A DNA stretch of 62,288 nt from a virus (taxonomy: Duplodnaviria > Caudoviricetes): IMG/VR virus record IMGVR_UViG_3300032286_000962, positions 1 through 62,288 of that record. One strand, given 5' to 3'. The notes beneath the pieces were generated by a model. The model saw nothing but the letters and a program-made list of their open reading frames with translations. It did no database searches and had not been told where the DNA came from. The position numbers were made by a program, and so were the translations under genes. Shown one piece after another: positions 19,101 through 26,548 of this stretch; position 1 is the first letter of the stretch, and each line of letters begins with the position of its first letter.

Positions 19101-21622
19101 CCGCTAGGTCTGCGCTGAACAGCAGCAAGCAGCCAAAATTCGGAGCCGCCAGAGAGCTTAAAGCTGGATATCCAGTGGCACTGCGAATTGATATTCCTGC
19201 GTTCAAGTCAACTGGCAACTACGTGGTGACCGTTCACGAGAAGGGAACTCCCAGCAAGGTCGGTGAAGTCATCGGGTACGACACAATCGCACGCATCGAC
19301 AATCCCCAGTTCATGTCCAACGAGACTGGAGCGGAGAAGATTAAGAAGGGCGAGAGCAACAAGTTCCCGATCGCCACGGTGGCTGGTGAATTCAATCCAT
19401 CTCGCGAGATGCCTGCAGACATCAACGACTGGACACCAGTCGGATTTGATCCTAGCGAACATTCGTACTTCTACGACAAGGCGACCGACGAGCTTGTGCT
19501 GGGCGGAGACGAGGCCGTGAGTGTTGGGAATACGGTCTTCGTTAAGAATCCAGTCTACGGCGACAAGGCCACGGCTAGGTTCATGCCTGCAGCACGCAAG
19601 GGCGACTCGCCAGCCTCCACTCTCTCAAAGGACGAGCGCGACGCCGCAGTCAAATTCCTCGAACGCGGAACACTCACCGCAGCCAACGTCTTGGACTCGC
19701 TCGCAAAGCTATCCAACGGCGACATGCAGTCCATCACCGAGAAGCTCTCCACGGGACGTCTATTCGAGCTCGCACACCGAGCCACTGGCACTCCTATCCT
19801 GAACCGCGTCGATGCGATCTCCGCCATCCGCAGGGAGATCAACAATCGCAAGGAAGCAATGCCTCAGAGCAACATTGCAGCACCCATGGCCGACGACATC
19901 GTCCGCACTCCTGTCAATCGTCAGGCCGCTCAGGGCGTGTCCTACCAGCCAGCCACGAATGTCTCTACAACCGAGATCGCTCCTGATCCCAAGGACAAGG
20001 CCGCGACCGCAGCTTGGAGCAAGTTTGACGAGGAGTCTCGCAAGCGAGTTGAGGAACAAGTCGGTAAAAACGCAACCGCCCAATCAATCAGAAAAGCAAT
20101 CGCCCAAGAGCGAGACAGGATTCGACGCTACTCCAGCACCCCCGACGCCGCAGGCATGAAGACGTTGATGGCGGACGCGACCGCCGAGGGCGAGGTCGCT
20201 GGCGAGGAGTTCAAATCGGAGCCGCTGCTGGTACGGAGCGACTACGTGACGAGGGCGGACGGCTCCAAGAAGTACAAGGACGTGGTCGAGAAGTCTCTCA
20301 CCGACCAGCCTCTCGTCGTTCCTCCAATGCCCAATACGCTGATCACAAAGGAAAACAATCCCTTGGCGCTCAAGAGCAAGAACGTGGCGGGGCTCAAGGC
20401 TGGTCGCTACCAGAAAGAGATCGGAGACCGCATCGACGCTGGCGCTGCACGCATCGCTGATGACCCAGAGATCCTAACCAACACGACTGGGTACGCGGAG
20501 TACATGCGCGACATGGGCGTGACGGGAGACATCCTGACTCCGCCGTCCGCACTCAAGATGATGCTGACAAATCCCGACCAGACGCTCGCGCTTCTGAAGG
20601 GCGGATACCACGGCAACAAGACCGTCGCTGGCACCAAGGAAGCTGCAATTCAGGGGCTCGATGGAGTCGCCGAAATGCGTAGGATTCTCAACGGCCAAGG
20701 CCCGACGCCGCTCGTTACCGCGCTTCACCATTTCTGGGGCACGCTGTCCAAGCAACTTCCTCCGATACAGCAGGAGGCTCTCTGGATGCGTTTAATTTCC
20801 AACCCGCTTGTCATGGAGCAGATCCAAAATTCGATCGACGGAAAGTACACGCTTACGCTAGCTCAATGGAAAGCGGTCGTGCAGAAGGCCAAGACCCAGA
20901 ATCAGGGCAACTACGGAAAGTTTGGAAACAACGCGACGGCCAACGCCAACTCGTTCCATCTGATGCTTGCAAATCACAATGGAAAGTGGGATCAGGTCGC
21001 AAACGTCTACAAGAACGACGACTCGGTAGCCATGAGAAACGAGTTCTGGGGGCTCGGACATGGCCCGACGGGAATCAAGAACAAGGTGCAGAGCTTCATT
21101 GGTCTGACCTTTGGAATTCCATCGAACATCCTCGACCGCTGGAGATTCGTAAGCCTCAACCTTCCCATGCTCATGAACATGAAGAAGTCGCCAGCCGCGC
21201 CTGAGTTCTTCGAGTACAGCGGTCGCAACAAGACGGTTCCAACCGATCCGATCGGAGTCTACAAGAACTACGGAACGGTCGAGAACGACAACGTGCCTCT
21301 CAGCATCGCGCTTTACTCAGGACTCGATCGCGCTGTTCAGGCGGGCATCGACAACAGCCCAGCGCTGAAGGAGTACCTTGGGGCGCATGCGAACCCCGGT
21401 GGCTTCCACTGGATCGACTGGAACGCGATCAAGAACGAAGCGGTGGGGCATTCCTCACTCGACATCACCAAGTCGTTCCTGACGCAGTATGGCCGCGATG
21501 CGACCGCCTCCGACTTCCTCGACCACGTCAAGAAAACCTCGATCTACACCGAGGGCGAAAACAAGGGCAAGATTATCCGATTGAAGATGGACGGCGGAGT
21601 CTTTAGCATGGAAGAACAATGA
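13115..21622 (+). CDS. Large polyvalent internal virion (ejection) protein, 2835 aa
   Basis: Zincin motif LRHEIDH...EEILAE, a second FRAVHDAIAHG domain, glycine-zipper segments and multiple appended domains; last gene of the ejection cluster. Confidence 0.8.
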   Translation: MGFLEELDQKYPQETPKEEPTKPSGFLGELESKYKDAPVEQPKSFLSDLEQKYDVNPDSLRSRKERGEPLSEDQERVIFDADRARSLGEQAAATGKGVFTSLSEMVPQAFEGSKRIIGANKDLLKEIGIKYLDVNPLVPEIAVNYIAGNTAEDRKDALEKAAKKESETVRSLASGAVQAGEEVINEAARGAFFGTPLTDLVQEYPTGKLAVEAMKAGGPVGFASELLSQKIFGEPLVDLKPITKDESFLRSRQRESMRQQEQQEYKDLPERTTAALVKLAESSVGSALGKSLGVPSDEQFQKDLVQELKNNAIVPDKDIAMIGNMLSPLDPTFILAGPLARASSKAFDIASGAGLRAITKPTIAGMNPLEATGRVIRFGGEGAQNVARKFSDFLTGSEDSFIGKLADPLVAVTKRPGMMVEGAGRALRDIGRQIDDVGVRSRTGIIERAGQDARSGDFMRTVFGSGTEKAQARALKAAEKLAGEGGEAGVPTSTLSSKRLAAARTADWVFRQAEAIARYGTSGAAIGTALGLPDIENAEQLGQVATTGAMVGAIGGMRLGEKGAKIIDPRVSLKGKIDAILADDPVSRRADEDADIERFRNTASPDIINKADELGNINSVLQSFDGHIQNLTAQRDQAIARGEGDVAAGIELEIQKTIASKDAVSKMTPDAAKEYQRRVDLTLSDALDQAKTTGEAVGLNNIEIKLLSPVEMLGHLRDKWGSTLTNAEYVLQSLAGNNDLSDADQQKLNQAQETVNQFNAMYQTAMGQRGYAMSENTYSDSPMHLRPANLKTPSVVINSELVKSQLGNNLYGTLRHEIDHALRNFKEVRAMMGPLEEYLFGKKVQNADGSITEISKGIYDDAAIDRMGDYYADLLGGDKWKAGFATEGQYRDYIKEEILAEAAGLSSNTANLRADLDSPGQAFVDWAATANKNTLIGRIRDALGLKGVLLDESGGISDILGETLSPEVLALTRQYQRQLRDYNGSLSQITSASGPEVTISAPELLSSKILQNKYRGLDIWQKEQVLTIKDDEGNVVREVVVPQSASLNTLVGQYRLEGGMLVDENGNKMQIAPEIAAANLPDNTNLSVDQRIARNPDGSPKILSNREIQARARKRGQVLRNAIEGAVEDGSTNRVRPVGEDEYAGILSPSQMQAILELPNDIVSPELKRKIVAFNEVCLRKDGTRMIVEYQAALKGGKYKALAPKIRDVVPFGFRITKDGNFLATTISVSRIFDKINAWAKPNRNRLNLWNGDTNALWEDIIHVLKNHQKGERGEVGLDVDPDMAKLKKDRINDIFNLFDKATEANNPDRSVSKTRKGQDSIDRVIMGMRMDRVNDFAVSNAQKLPVDYGKIKENYMPYVPVDPVEEAGFNWPPEVEDAIVRVRSVLENPENMPTEAKPEAPLPVNLYESGTSLESFGSDSLKEIAKYYGVPVPEKAGRGEIIDLVQNQKSGVQFKPVVPEDGKESKFAFTTSTTRNDEIKRLIANGDEDGIRNLNRTTILHVLSDLKNVNVSIEDAKGVYQGDKEISSIVKVRTKNDEDLNKVRSRLADAAKLFQQMEFLEEKLNGGDRELLGQVDDEGYKHIGSATLFTDGVTEQQIETARKLAGIDGLTLADGRVELYDRGDDPEFFNRVAAFDRAIRQAGGMVASSETGVAAVKSYSEDPQQYQGTIGYDDESLSIHSAKGERDRLSTPLVTKLLGLLGRPLDALENGKRSYFEAVDLTPRQVKKQVDIADRFNDLPVNDLDNPLVQKAYQRLSEEILKQYDSLVAGPDGTRFTSQLWSEGGEPYKSSAEAVKDIQTNNSLKFLKTDPTVFGPEGVDFSFHPLLEDSGRRDANGVPLVYNDLFRAVHDAIAHGLFGAEFGPIGEESAWQTHLRTIDDPWARWALTSETRGQNSYVNYRREMLNENGMPIKKGEEGYIPLEKRGFADQKAALLPLTDSMTGNAKVDEPVKKLMEELGPEESMGSYAGPAFKPANITRKVGANEDFITIPEENAARSALNSSKQPKFGAARELKAGYPVALRIDIPAFKSTGNYVVTVHEKGTPSKVGEVIGYDTIARIDNPQFMSNETGAEKIKKGESNKFPIATVAGEFNPSREMPADINDWTPVGFDPSEHSYFYDKATDELVLGGDEAVSVGNTVFVKNPVYGDKATARFMPAARKGDSPASTLSKDERDAAVKFLERGTLTAANVLDSLAKLSNGDMQSITEKLSTGRLFELAHRATGTPILNRVDAISAIRREINNRKEAMPQSNIAAPMADDIVRTPVNRQAAQGVSYQPATNVSTTEIAPDPKDKAATAAWSKFDEESRKRVEEQVGKNATAQSIRKAIAQERDRIRRYSSTPDAAGMKTLMADATAEGEVAGEEFKSEPLLVRSDYVTRADGSKKYKDVVEKSLTDQPLVVPPMPNTLITKENNPLALKSKNVAGLKAGRYQKEIGDRIDAGAARIADDPEILTNTTGYAEYMRDMGVTGDILTPPSALKMMLTNPDQTLALLKGGYHGNKTVAGTKEAAIQGLDGVAEMRRILNGQGPTPLVTALHHFWGTLSKQLPPIQQEALWMRLISNPLVMEQIQNSIDGKYTLTLAQWKAVVQKAKTQNQGNYGKFGNNATANANSFHLMLANHNGKWDQVANVYKNDDSVAMRNEFWGLGHGPTGIKNKVQSFIGLTFGIPSNILDRWRFVSLNLPMLMNMKKSPAAPEFFEYSGRNKTVPTDPIGVYKNYGTVENDNVPLSIALYSGLDRAVQAGIDNSPALKEYLGAHANPGGFHWIDWNAIKNEAVGHSSLDITKSFLTQYGRDATASDFLDHVKKTSIYTEGENKGKIIRLKMDGGVFSMEEQ

Positions 21623-21819
21623 GTGCCTTTCCATCAGACAACGTAGAAGACGTCGGAGAAATCGACGACACGATCGCCGCTATGATCGAGCTCGAAGAGA
21701 CGCGACTGAAACGAAAGCTGACCAAGAAGGAGCTCAAGGAAATCGTGTCCAGCTTGACTCCAGAGGATCAGGACGACTACGAGGGCGACGGTGGATATTT
21801 TCCTGAAACCGAAGCCTGA
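21619..21819 (+). CDS. Hypothetical small acidic protein
   Basis: ATGA overlap with the upstream gene. Confidence 0.6.
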   Translation: MSAFPSDNVEDVGEIDDTIAAMIELEETRLKRKLTKKELKEIVSSLTPEDQDDYEGDGGYFPETEA

Positions 21820-21864
21820 AACGACTTTACGCAAACCAACCAACCAACCAACCACCTATTAACC

Positions 21865-22008
21865 ATGCCACTTAAACAATGCGCCTCCCAGAATTGCTTT
21901 GAACGCAACATCGCCTCAGAAGTTCGTTCTGGAAAACCTGTAAAACAAGCTGTTGCCATCGCTTATAGCGTCAAACGTCGGGCTCAAGCAAAGGCTAGGA
22001 AAAAATAG
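21865..22008 (+). CDS. Small basic phage protein (47 aa)
   Basis: Manual translation MPLKQCASQNCFERNIASEVRSGKPVKQAVAIAYSVKRRAQAKARKK; the MPLK...GKPxKQAVAIA pattern is common in phages. Confidence 0.75.
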   Translation: MPLKQCASQNCFERNIASEVRSGKPVKQAVAIAYSVKRRAQAKARKK

Positions 22009-22018
22009 TCGCGTCTAA

Positions 22019-22642
22019 ATGCGGATAGAAATCAAGGCAGTCGATCCGATCGCGATACGCGAAAAATCCGTCTGGATGAAGGACGGATCGCTGCAGGTTC
22101 TTGTTCCCGATTACGGAAGAAATCGGGACGGCGCTTTTCTTTTGGCAATTCGAGAAGTTGTCGATGCGTGGAGACGTCGCAAGTTGCACCTGAAAAAGGA
22201 GCACCAGTTCCACGAGACGAACGCAGCCGACGAGATCGAAAAAGAAGTCGCAAGTGCGATCGAGGTCGATTGGTCGCAGCACGAAAAGTGGGTCGAGAAT
22301 TCGTACGACGAAGTCGCTCGCAATAGTGCGATAGAAGCTCCAAGAATTTTACTTCAAGGCCCACGCGCTTGGGCCGAATTGCATCTCTTCGCACTGCGAC
22401 ATGAAGCAACGCGTCAGGGCGTCAGTGCAGCAGCATGGTTTGCAGATTGGGTCGCGGATCTTCCATTCGATGGTTGTCCATGCAAGGGGCACCTGCACGA
22501 ATTTCTAGCGCACAATCCACCAGACTGGGATCGGTTTTTTTCGTGGTCAGTCAACCTGCACAACGCGGTGAATGCGCGTACTGGAAAACTCACGATCGGC
22601 CTCGATGAGGCGCGTGAGCTTTGGTCTTCGCGGTTGTTCTAG
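22019..22642 (+). CDS. Erv1/Alr-like FAD-linked sulfhydryl oxidase domain fused to an N-terminal domain
   Basis: GPRAWAELH...GCPCKGH...FFSWSVNLHNAVNARTGK matches the Erv/Alr pattern GxxxWxxxH / C..C / WxxxxHNxVN, with CxC in place of CxxC. Confidence 0.8.
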   Translation: MRIEIKAVDPIAIREKSVWMKDGSLQVLVPDYGRNRDGAFLLAIREVVDAWRRRKLHLKKEHQFHETNAADEIEKEVASAIEVDWSQHEKWVENSYDEVARNSAIEAPRILLQGPRAWAELHLFALRHEATRQGVSAAAWFADWVADLPFDGCPCKGHLHEFLAHNPPDWDRFFSWSVNLHNAVNARTGKLTIGLDEARELWSSRLF

Positions 22643-22669
22643 CCTCTAGAGCTAGTGTTTATGCGGGTC

Positions 22670-22738
22670 AAAAATAATTAAAACTTTTTGTTGCGTACCG
22701 AAGCGGAATAGGCAATACTCACTCCAGTCAGTAACAAC
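22670..22738 (+). promoter_or_regulatory. Early sigma70-like promoter with UP element and spacer operator
   Basis: AAAAATAATT UP tract, then TTGCGT-17-AATACT; near-identical copy at 39728-39796. Confidence 0.7.
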
Positions 22739-22771
22739 ACAACCAACCAACCAACCAAAGGAACCAACAAA

Positions 22772-23173
22772 GTGAACACACAACTACCAGTCCTCAATCA
22801 GCTCGTCATCAAGGCGCTCGAAGTCATCGGCCACCCAGCCTCGATCGCCGAGATCTGCAACGAGATCGAACGTCAGGGAACCCGCTTCACGCAGAAGCAC
22901 CCACGTCAGGAGGTCTACACCCGCATCGGAAAGTTCCGTGGGATCCGCAAGATCGAAGCGGCCCTCTACGCTCTCGAAGAGCAGCCAGAGGTCTACGTCG
23001 AGTACGTCGGACAGCGTGAGGGCGAGGAGCCCTTCGAGATCAACGGTCAGCGCTGGCAGTACGTCAACGTCCTCGACGGACAGGGCAAGCGCGACATCGG
23101 CGTCTACAGCTTCGGCGAAGACCGCTGCTACAACTACAGCGTCTGGCGCAGCCGCGAGCTCGCCATCAACTAA
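22772..23173 (+). CDS. Early protein with N-terminal winged HTH (HARE-HTH-like)
   Basis: IKALEVIGHPASIAEICNEI...PRQEVYTRI pattern; GTG start. Confidence 0.5.
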   Translation: MNTQLPVLNQLVIKALEVIGHPASIAEICNEIERQGTRFTQKHPRQEVYTRIGKFRGIRKIEAALYALEEQPEVYVEYVGQREGEEPFEINGQRWQYVNVLDGQGKRDIGVYSFGEDRCYNYSVWRSRELAIN

Positions 23174-23200
23174 TCAACCTCAACCAAGGAGACCAAACCA

Positions 23201-23923
23201 GTGAACCACATCATCAACACAACAGCAGTCACACGCGTCTACAGCGACGCAGGACGCAGTGCAGCGGACAAGCTGCACAACGACACCAACTCCTGCACCG
23301 TCAACGCTCTCGCCAACACCACGGGCTGGGAGTGGAACCTCTGCCACGACATCGCAGCCGAGTCAGGGCGTAAGCGTGGCAAGGGCCACGATCCTGTCAA
23401 GCTGCTCAAGCACGCGGGGCACTACGGCGTCAAGAGCCGACGCCTCACGCGGATCAAATCGAGCAACTCGTGGACGGTGCAGAAGTTCATCAAGAAAAAT
23501 CCCACTGGAAAATTCTACGTGTGCTCATCGCGGCACGCGTTCGCAATCGTTGACGGCGTCGTCAAGGACTGGCTGCACAACGGCGACCTCGTGCGAATCG
23601 TGCAGGCGTGGCGCATCCTCGACTCGGTCTACAACAACCGCAAGATCGAGGTGCCAGTGCACAAACCGAAGCCACGTCCTGCAGCACGCGTCAAGCGCGT
23701 CGAGTTCGCGCTCCGCCTCAAGGACGTGAACGGCGATTGCTACGACGTGGATTACTTCGAGTCACGTGCGGCTGCGTTGAAGGCGGCTAGGGCTTATCAG
23801 CTCGACGCCGAAACTCCGAGCGTCGAGGTCGAACGCGTGACCATCGGACAATACGATCACACCACCATCTTCGAGAAAACATTGATAGATGGTGTCGTAC
23901 ATGTCGACTGCGGAGCCGCATAA
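23201..23923 (+). CDS. Early protein, possible papain-like Cys/His fold
   Basis: NDTNSCTVNALA...HAFAIVDG motif order. Confidence 0.45.
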   Translation: MNHIINTTAVTRVYSDAGRSAADKLHNDTNSCTVNALANTTGWEWNLCHDIAAESGRKRGKGHDPVKLLKHAGHYGVKSRRLTRIKSSNSWTVQKFIKKNPTGKFYVCSSRHAFAIVDGVVKDWLHNGDLVRIVQAWRILDSVYNNRKIEVPVHKPKPRPAARVKRVEFALRLKDVNGDCYDVDYFESRAAALKAARAYQLDAETPSVEVERVTIGQYDHTTIFEKTLIDGVVHVDCGAA

Positions 23924-23933
23924 TTACAGGCTC

Positions 23934-23997
23934 AAAAATAATTTAAAATTTTTCTATACAACCGAACCAGATTCGCTATTCTCACTCTTGTCAGTAA
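23934..23997 (+). promoter_or_regulatory. Early promoter copy
   Basis: AAAAATAATT...TATACA ACCGAACCAGATT...TATTCT...GTCAGTAA. Confidence 0.65.
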
Positions 23998-24027
23998 ATA
24001 CTAACCCTAACCAAAGGAACCAACACA

Positions 24028-24537
24028 GTGAACGACATCATCATCCCAGCAGCCTTCTACGACCTCGCTCTTGAGAGCAACGTCGCGGTGCCAGTCGAGC
24101 AGGAGATCCGCTCCAAGGGCAAAGGACGCCAGTACGTCATCGATCGCAACGACTCGTGCCTACCGTACCTCATCCAGCACGCGGACACCTGCCTCGTAAG
24201 CGATCCGAAGACTGCAGCCGCAGCACGCAACCTCCTGCTCTCTCTCAGGAAGCAGGGCGTCAAGTTCGAGCTGCAGCACGCCGCTGATTTCAAGATCAGC
24301 GCAGCCAAGCCAGTCACACGCCGCACCGCAGCCAAGGCCACTGGCCGCGACTTCAACCGCGAGCTGATCGTCACGATCACACCACGCGGCAACCTGATCC
24401 TTCGTCCAGTCGGACGCCGTCAGGCCGAGGAGGTCGCTCTCAGCGACGTCTACGCTTGGGTGCAGCGCAACCGCTGCCTCAAGATCGCCCGCGACAAGGC
24501 CGCGCTCAAAGCATCCAAGCGCAAGAGCCGCCGATAA
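24028..24537 (+). CDS. Hypothetical early protein
   Basis: ORF following a repeated promoter; GTG start. Confidence 0.65.
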   Translation: MNDIIIPAAFYDLALESNVAVPVEQEIRSKGKGRQYVIDRNDSCLPYLIQHADTCLVSDPKTAAAARNLLLSLRKQGVKFELQHAADFKISAAKPVTRRTAAKATGRDFNRELIVTITPRGNLILRPVGRRQAEEVALSDVYAWVQRNRCLKIARDKAALKASKRKSRR

Positions 24538-24591
24538 CAATCACCAGCCCCGACGTTCGATCCGAAGGGGCACCACCAACACACCACTACA

Positions 24592-24819
24592 ATGAACGCC
24601 AAACGCCGTACAGAAATCGCAGCAGCCATTAGCACGCTCGAAGAGCTCATCTCCCGCATCGAAGACCTACAGAGCGAGGAGCAGGACGCCTACGACAACC
24701 TGCCAGAGGGTCTGCAGAACAGCGAGCGCGGGGAACAGTCCTCCGCAGCCGCCGACGCACTCCAGAACGCTGCGAGCGAGCTGGAGTCAGCTCTCTCATC
24801 GCTGCAGGACATCGAGTAA
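24592..24819 (+). CDS. Hypothetical coiled-coil phage protein
   Basis: MNAKRR...EEQDAYDNLPEGLQNSERGE, a pattern common in phages. Confidence 0.75.
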   Translation: MNAKRRTEIAAAISTLEELISRIEDLQSEEQDAYDNLPEGLQNSERGEQSSAAADALQNAASELESALSSLQDIE

Positions 24820-24830
24820 TCGCAAGGCTT

Positions 24831-24884
24831 AAAAATAATCCTGTACAACCGAAGCCGATTAGATAGTATCTCTCTCGTCAGTAA
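24831..24884 (+). promoter_or_regulatory. Early promoter copy
   Basis: AAAAATAAT..TGTACA ACCGAAGCCGATT..TAGTAT..GTCAGTAA. Confidence 0.6.
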
Positions 24885-24924
24885 ACACAACACAACACAA
24901 CACAACACAACACAACACAACACA
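24885..24924 (+). repeat. (ACACA)8 tandem repeat in a 5' leader
   Basis: Read directly; ends two bases before ATG 24927. Confidence 0.95.
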
Positions 24925-24926
24925 CC

Positions 24927-25748
24927 ATGAACAACACCAACACGCTCCGCCCTCAGTTCGACACCGCAACCCGCTACGTCGACACCACCACCGAGAAGTT
25001 CGCCCCGATCCGCACTGCGGACGCGGTGGACGCGCTCCTCGACAACGGCTGGCAGATCCAGACCTCAAGCGTCGCCAAGACGCGCACGCTGGCTCGTCAA
25101 CCATTCGCCCGCCACGCAGCCACGCTCTCGTTCCCAGACGACCAGTCGTCCGCTGAGTTCCGCCCGCAGATCCTGATCGTCAACAGCAACGACGGCGGAT
25201 CGGCGTTCAAGCTCTTCGCTGGCATCTACCGCTTCGTCTGCGCCAACGGCATCGTTGTCGGCTCGACCTTCGAGGGCATCTCGATCCGCCATATCGGCGA
25301 CGTCGATACCATCAAGGCTCGCATCGTCGATGGCGCTGACCGCGTCCGCCGTGGGGCTCCCGTACTGGGAACCTTGGCCGAGACGTTCCGCAACACCGAG
25401 CTGAACCCATCGCAGATCCTGCAGTTCAACACGATCGCCGCTGGCCTTCGATTCCCCAAGCTCGGAGACCGCGACAAGCTCGCCAACCTCGCGCTGCAGT
25501 TCGACGTGGTTCGTCGCCCCGAAGATCTCAACAACGATCTCTGGTCAACCTTCAACCGCGTTCAGGAGACCGCCATTCGTGGAGGCATCCAGAACGGAAG
25601 CCGACGCGTCAGGGGGCTCTCCAGCATCGGTCGCAACGTCTCGCTCAACCGCTCCCTCTGGGATCTCGCGGTGGACACTCAGGAGGGTCGACTAGCCGAG
25701 CGCTACGACGCCTTCCAGAGCAGCATTCAGAACGCCGTTCTCATCTAA
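24927..25748 (+). CDS. DUF932/DUF945-family protein
   Basis: ILIVNSNDGGSAFKLFAGIYRFVCANG and DLWSTFNRVQE motifs. Confidence 0.85.
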   Translation: MNNTNTLRPQFDTATRYVDTTTEKFAPIRTADAVDALLDNGWQIQTSSVAKTRTLARQPFARHAATLSFPDDQSSAEFRPQILIVNSNDGGSAFKLFAGIYRFVCANGIVVGSTFEGISIRHIGDVDTIKARIVDGADRVRRGAPVLGTLAETFRNTELNPSQILQFNTIAAGLRFPKLGDRDKLANLALQFDVVRRPEDLNNDLWSTFNRVQETAIRGGIQNGSRRVRGLSSIGRNVSLNRSLWDLAVDTQEGRLAERYDAFQSSIQNAVLI

Positions 25749-25755
25749 GGTTTAA

Positions 25756-25785
25756 TTTGGGGGCTCCCTTCGGGGAGCCTCCAAA
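25756..25785 (+). terminator. Hairpin with UUCG tetraloop closing early island 1
   Basis: TTTGGGGGCTCCC-TTCG-GGGAGCCTCCAAA; there is no U-tract on the + strand, so termination is uncertain. Confidence 0.55.
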
Positions 25786-25800
25786 ACCATCATCAATTCG

Positions 25801-26100
25801 ATGAGTGAAGAATTTATCCAAGCCATCCACGACGCGATCGAAGAGCTCACTGGTAGCACCGCTATCGAGTTCCCTGCATCAGTGGATCAGGGCGACCCCG
25901 CGACAAGGCGTCAGATCGCAAAGCTAATCTGCAGCAATCCTGAGCGCTACAAGGTCTGCTGCGGCTGCGAGGCAATCGTCCGAGAGTCTGCACCAATCTG
26001 TCCCCAGTGCGACGCGTACCGCTTCGAGACCGACGCCGATATTATCCGAGAACAGGCAAACATCTTGGCGGAGCGTTTGCCAGCAACATGGCTAGACTGA
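25801..26100 (+). CDS. Zn-ribbon protein
   Basis: CCGC...CPQC. Confidence 0.65.
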   Translation: MSEEFIQAIHDAIEELTGSTAIEFPASVDQGDPATRRQIAKLICSNPERYKVCCGCEAIVRESAPICPQCDAYRFETDADIIREQANILAERLPATWLD

Positions 26101-26288
26101 TGAACTGGATTATTAGAAAACCTATTTGGGGATCTTTGGAAGATCCGCAACTTGACCCACTAAAAATAGACTTGGGTCTTGGGCTGCACAACGGACGCCC
26201 GATCTTAACAACTGGACGGGACGCGGAGTCGATTGACTACCTCGTCGAAACCCGCAGAAACATACGCGAAAATGAGCAATCGAATTGA
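26100..26288 (+). CDS. Hypothetical protein
   Basis: TGATG overlap with the upstream stop; MNWIIRKP.... Confidence 0.45.
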   Translation: MNWIIRKPIWGSLEDPQLDPLKIDLGLGLHNGRPILTTGRDAESIDYLVETRRNIRENEQSN

Positions 26289-26544
26289 CGACATCCTGAA
26301 GGAGCTTGGACTCCCAGTAGACAAGACGTACCGTCCGCCTGAGCCTGAGCGTGAGAAGCGCGAGCGCGGCCCATGCGGAAAGGTGGCCTTTCCGTCCGAG
26401 GGATCGGCCAAGAAGGGAGCACGTTCGCTGCTGCGTAGTGGCAGGACAAATACTTCTTTCCTGCGAACCTACTTCTGCGATACATGCAAGGCTTGGCACA
26501 TGTCATCGTCCTACTTCGGCGAGTTTGCCAAACCAACAAAATAA
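26272..26544 (+). CDS. Zn-binding phage protein
   Basis: CGKVAF...RTYFCDTCKAWHMSS. Confidence 0.65.
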   Translation: MSNRIDDILKELGLPVDKTYRPPEPEREKRERGPCGKVAFPSEGSAKKGARSLLRSGRTNTSFLRTYFCDTCKAWHMSSSYFGEFAKPTK

Positions 26545-26548
26545 AATT

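Noticed and set aside
22656-24926. Possible CRISPR array from repeated intergenic motifs
   Set aside because: The repeats are degenerate, separated by whole genes and promoter-like; there are no regular spacers.
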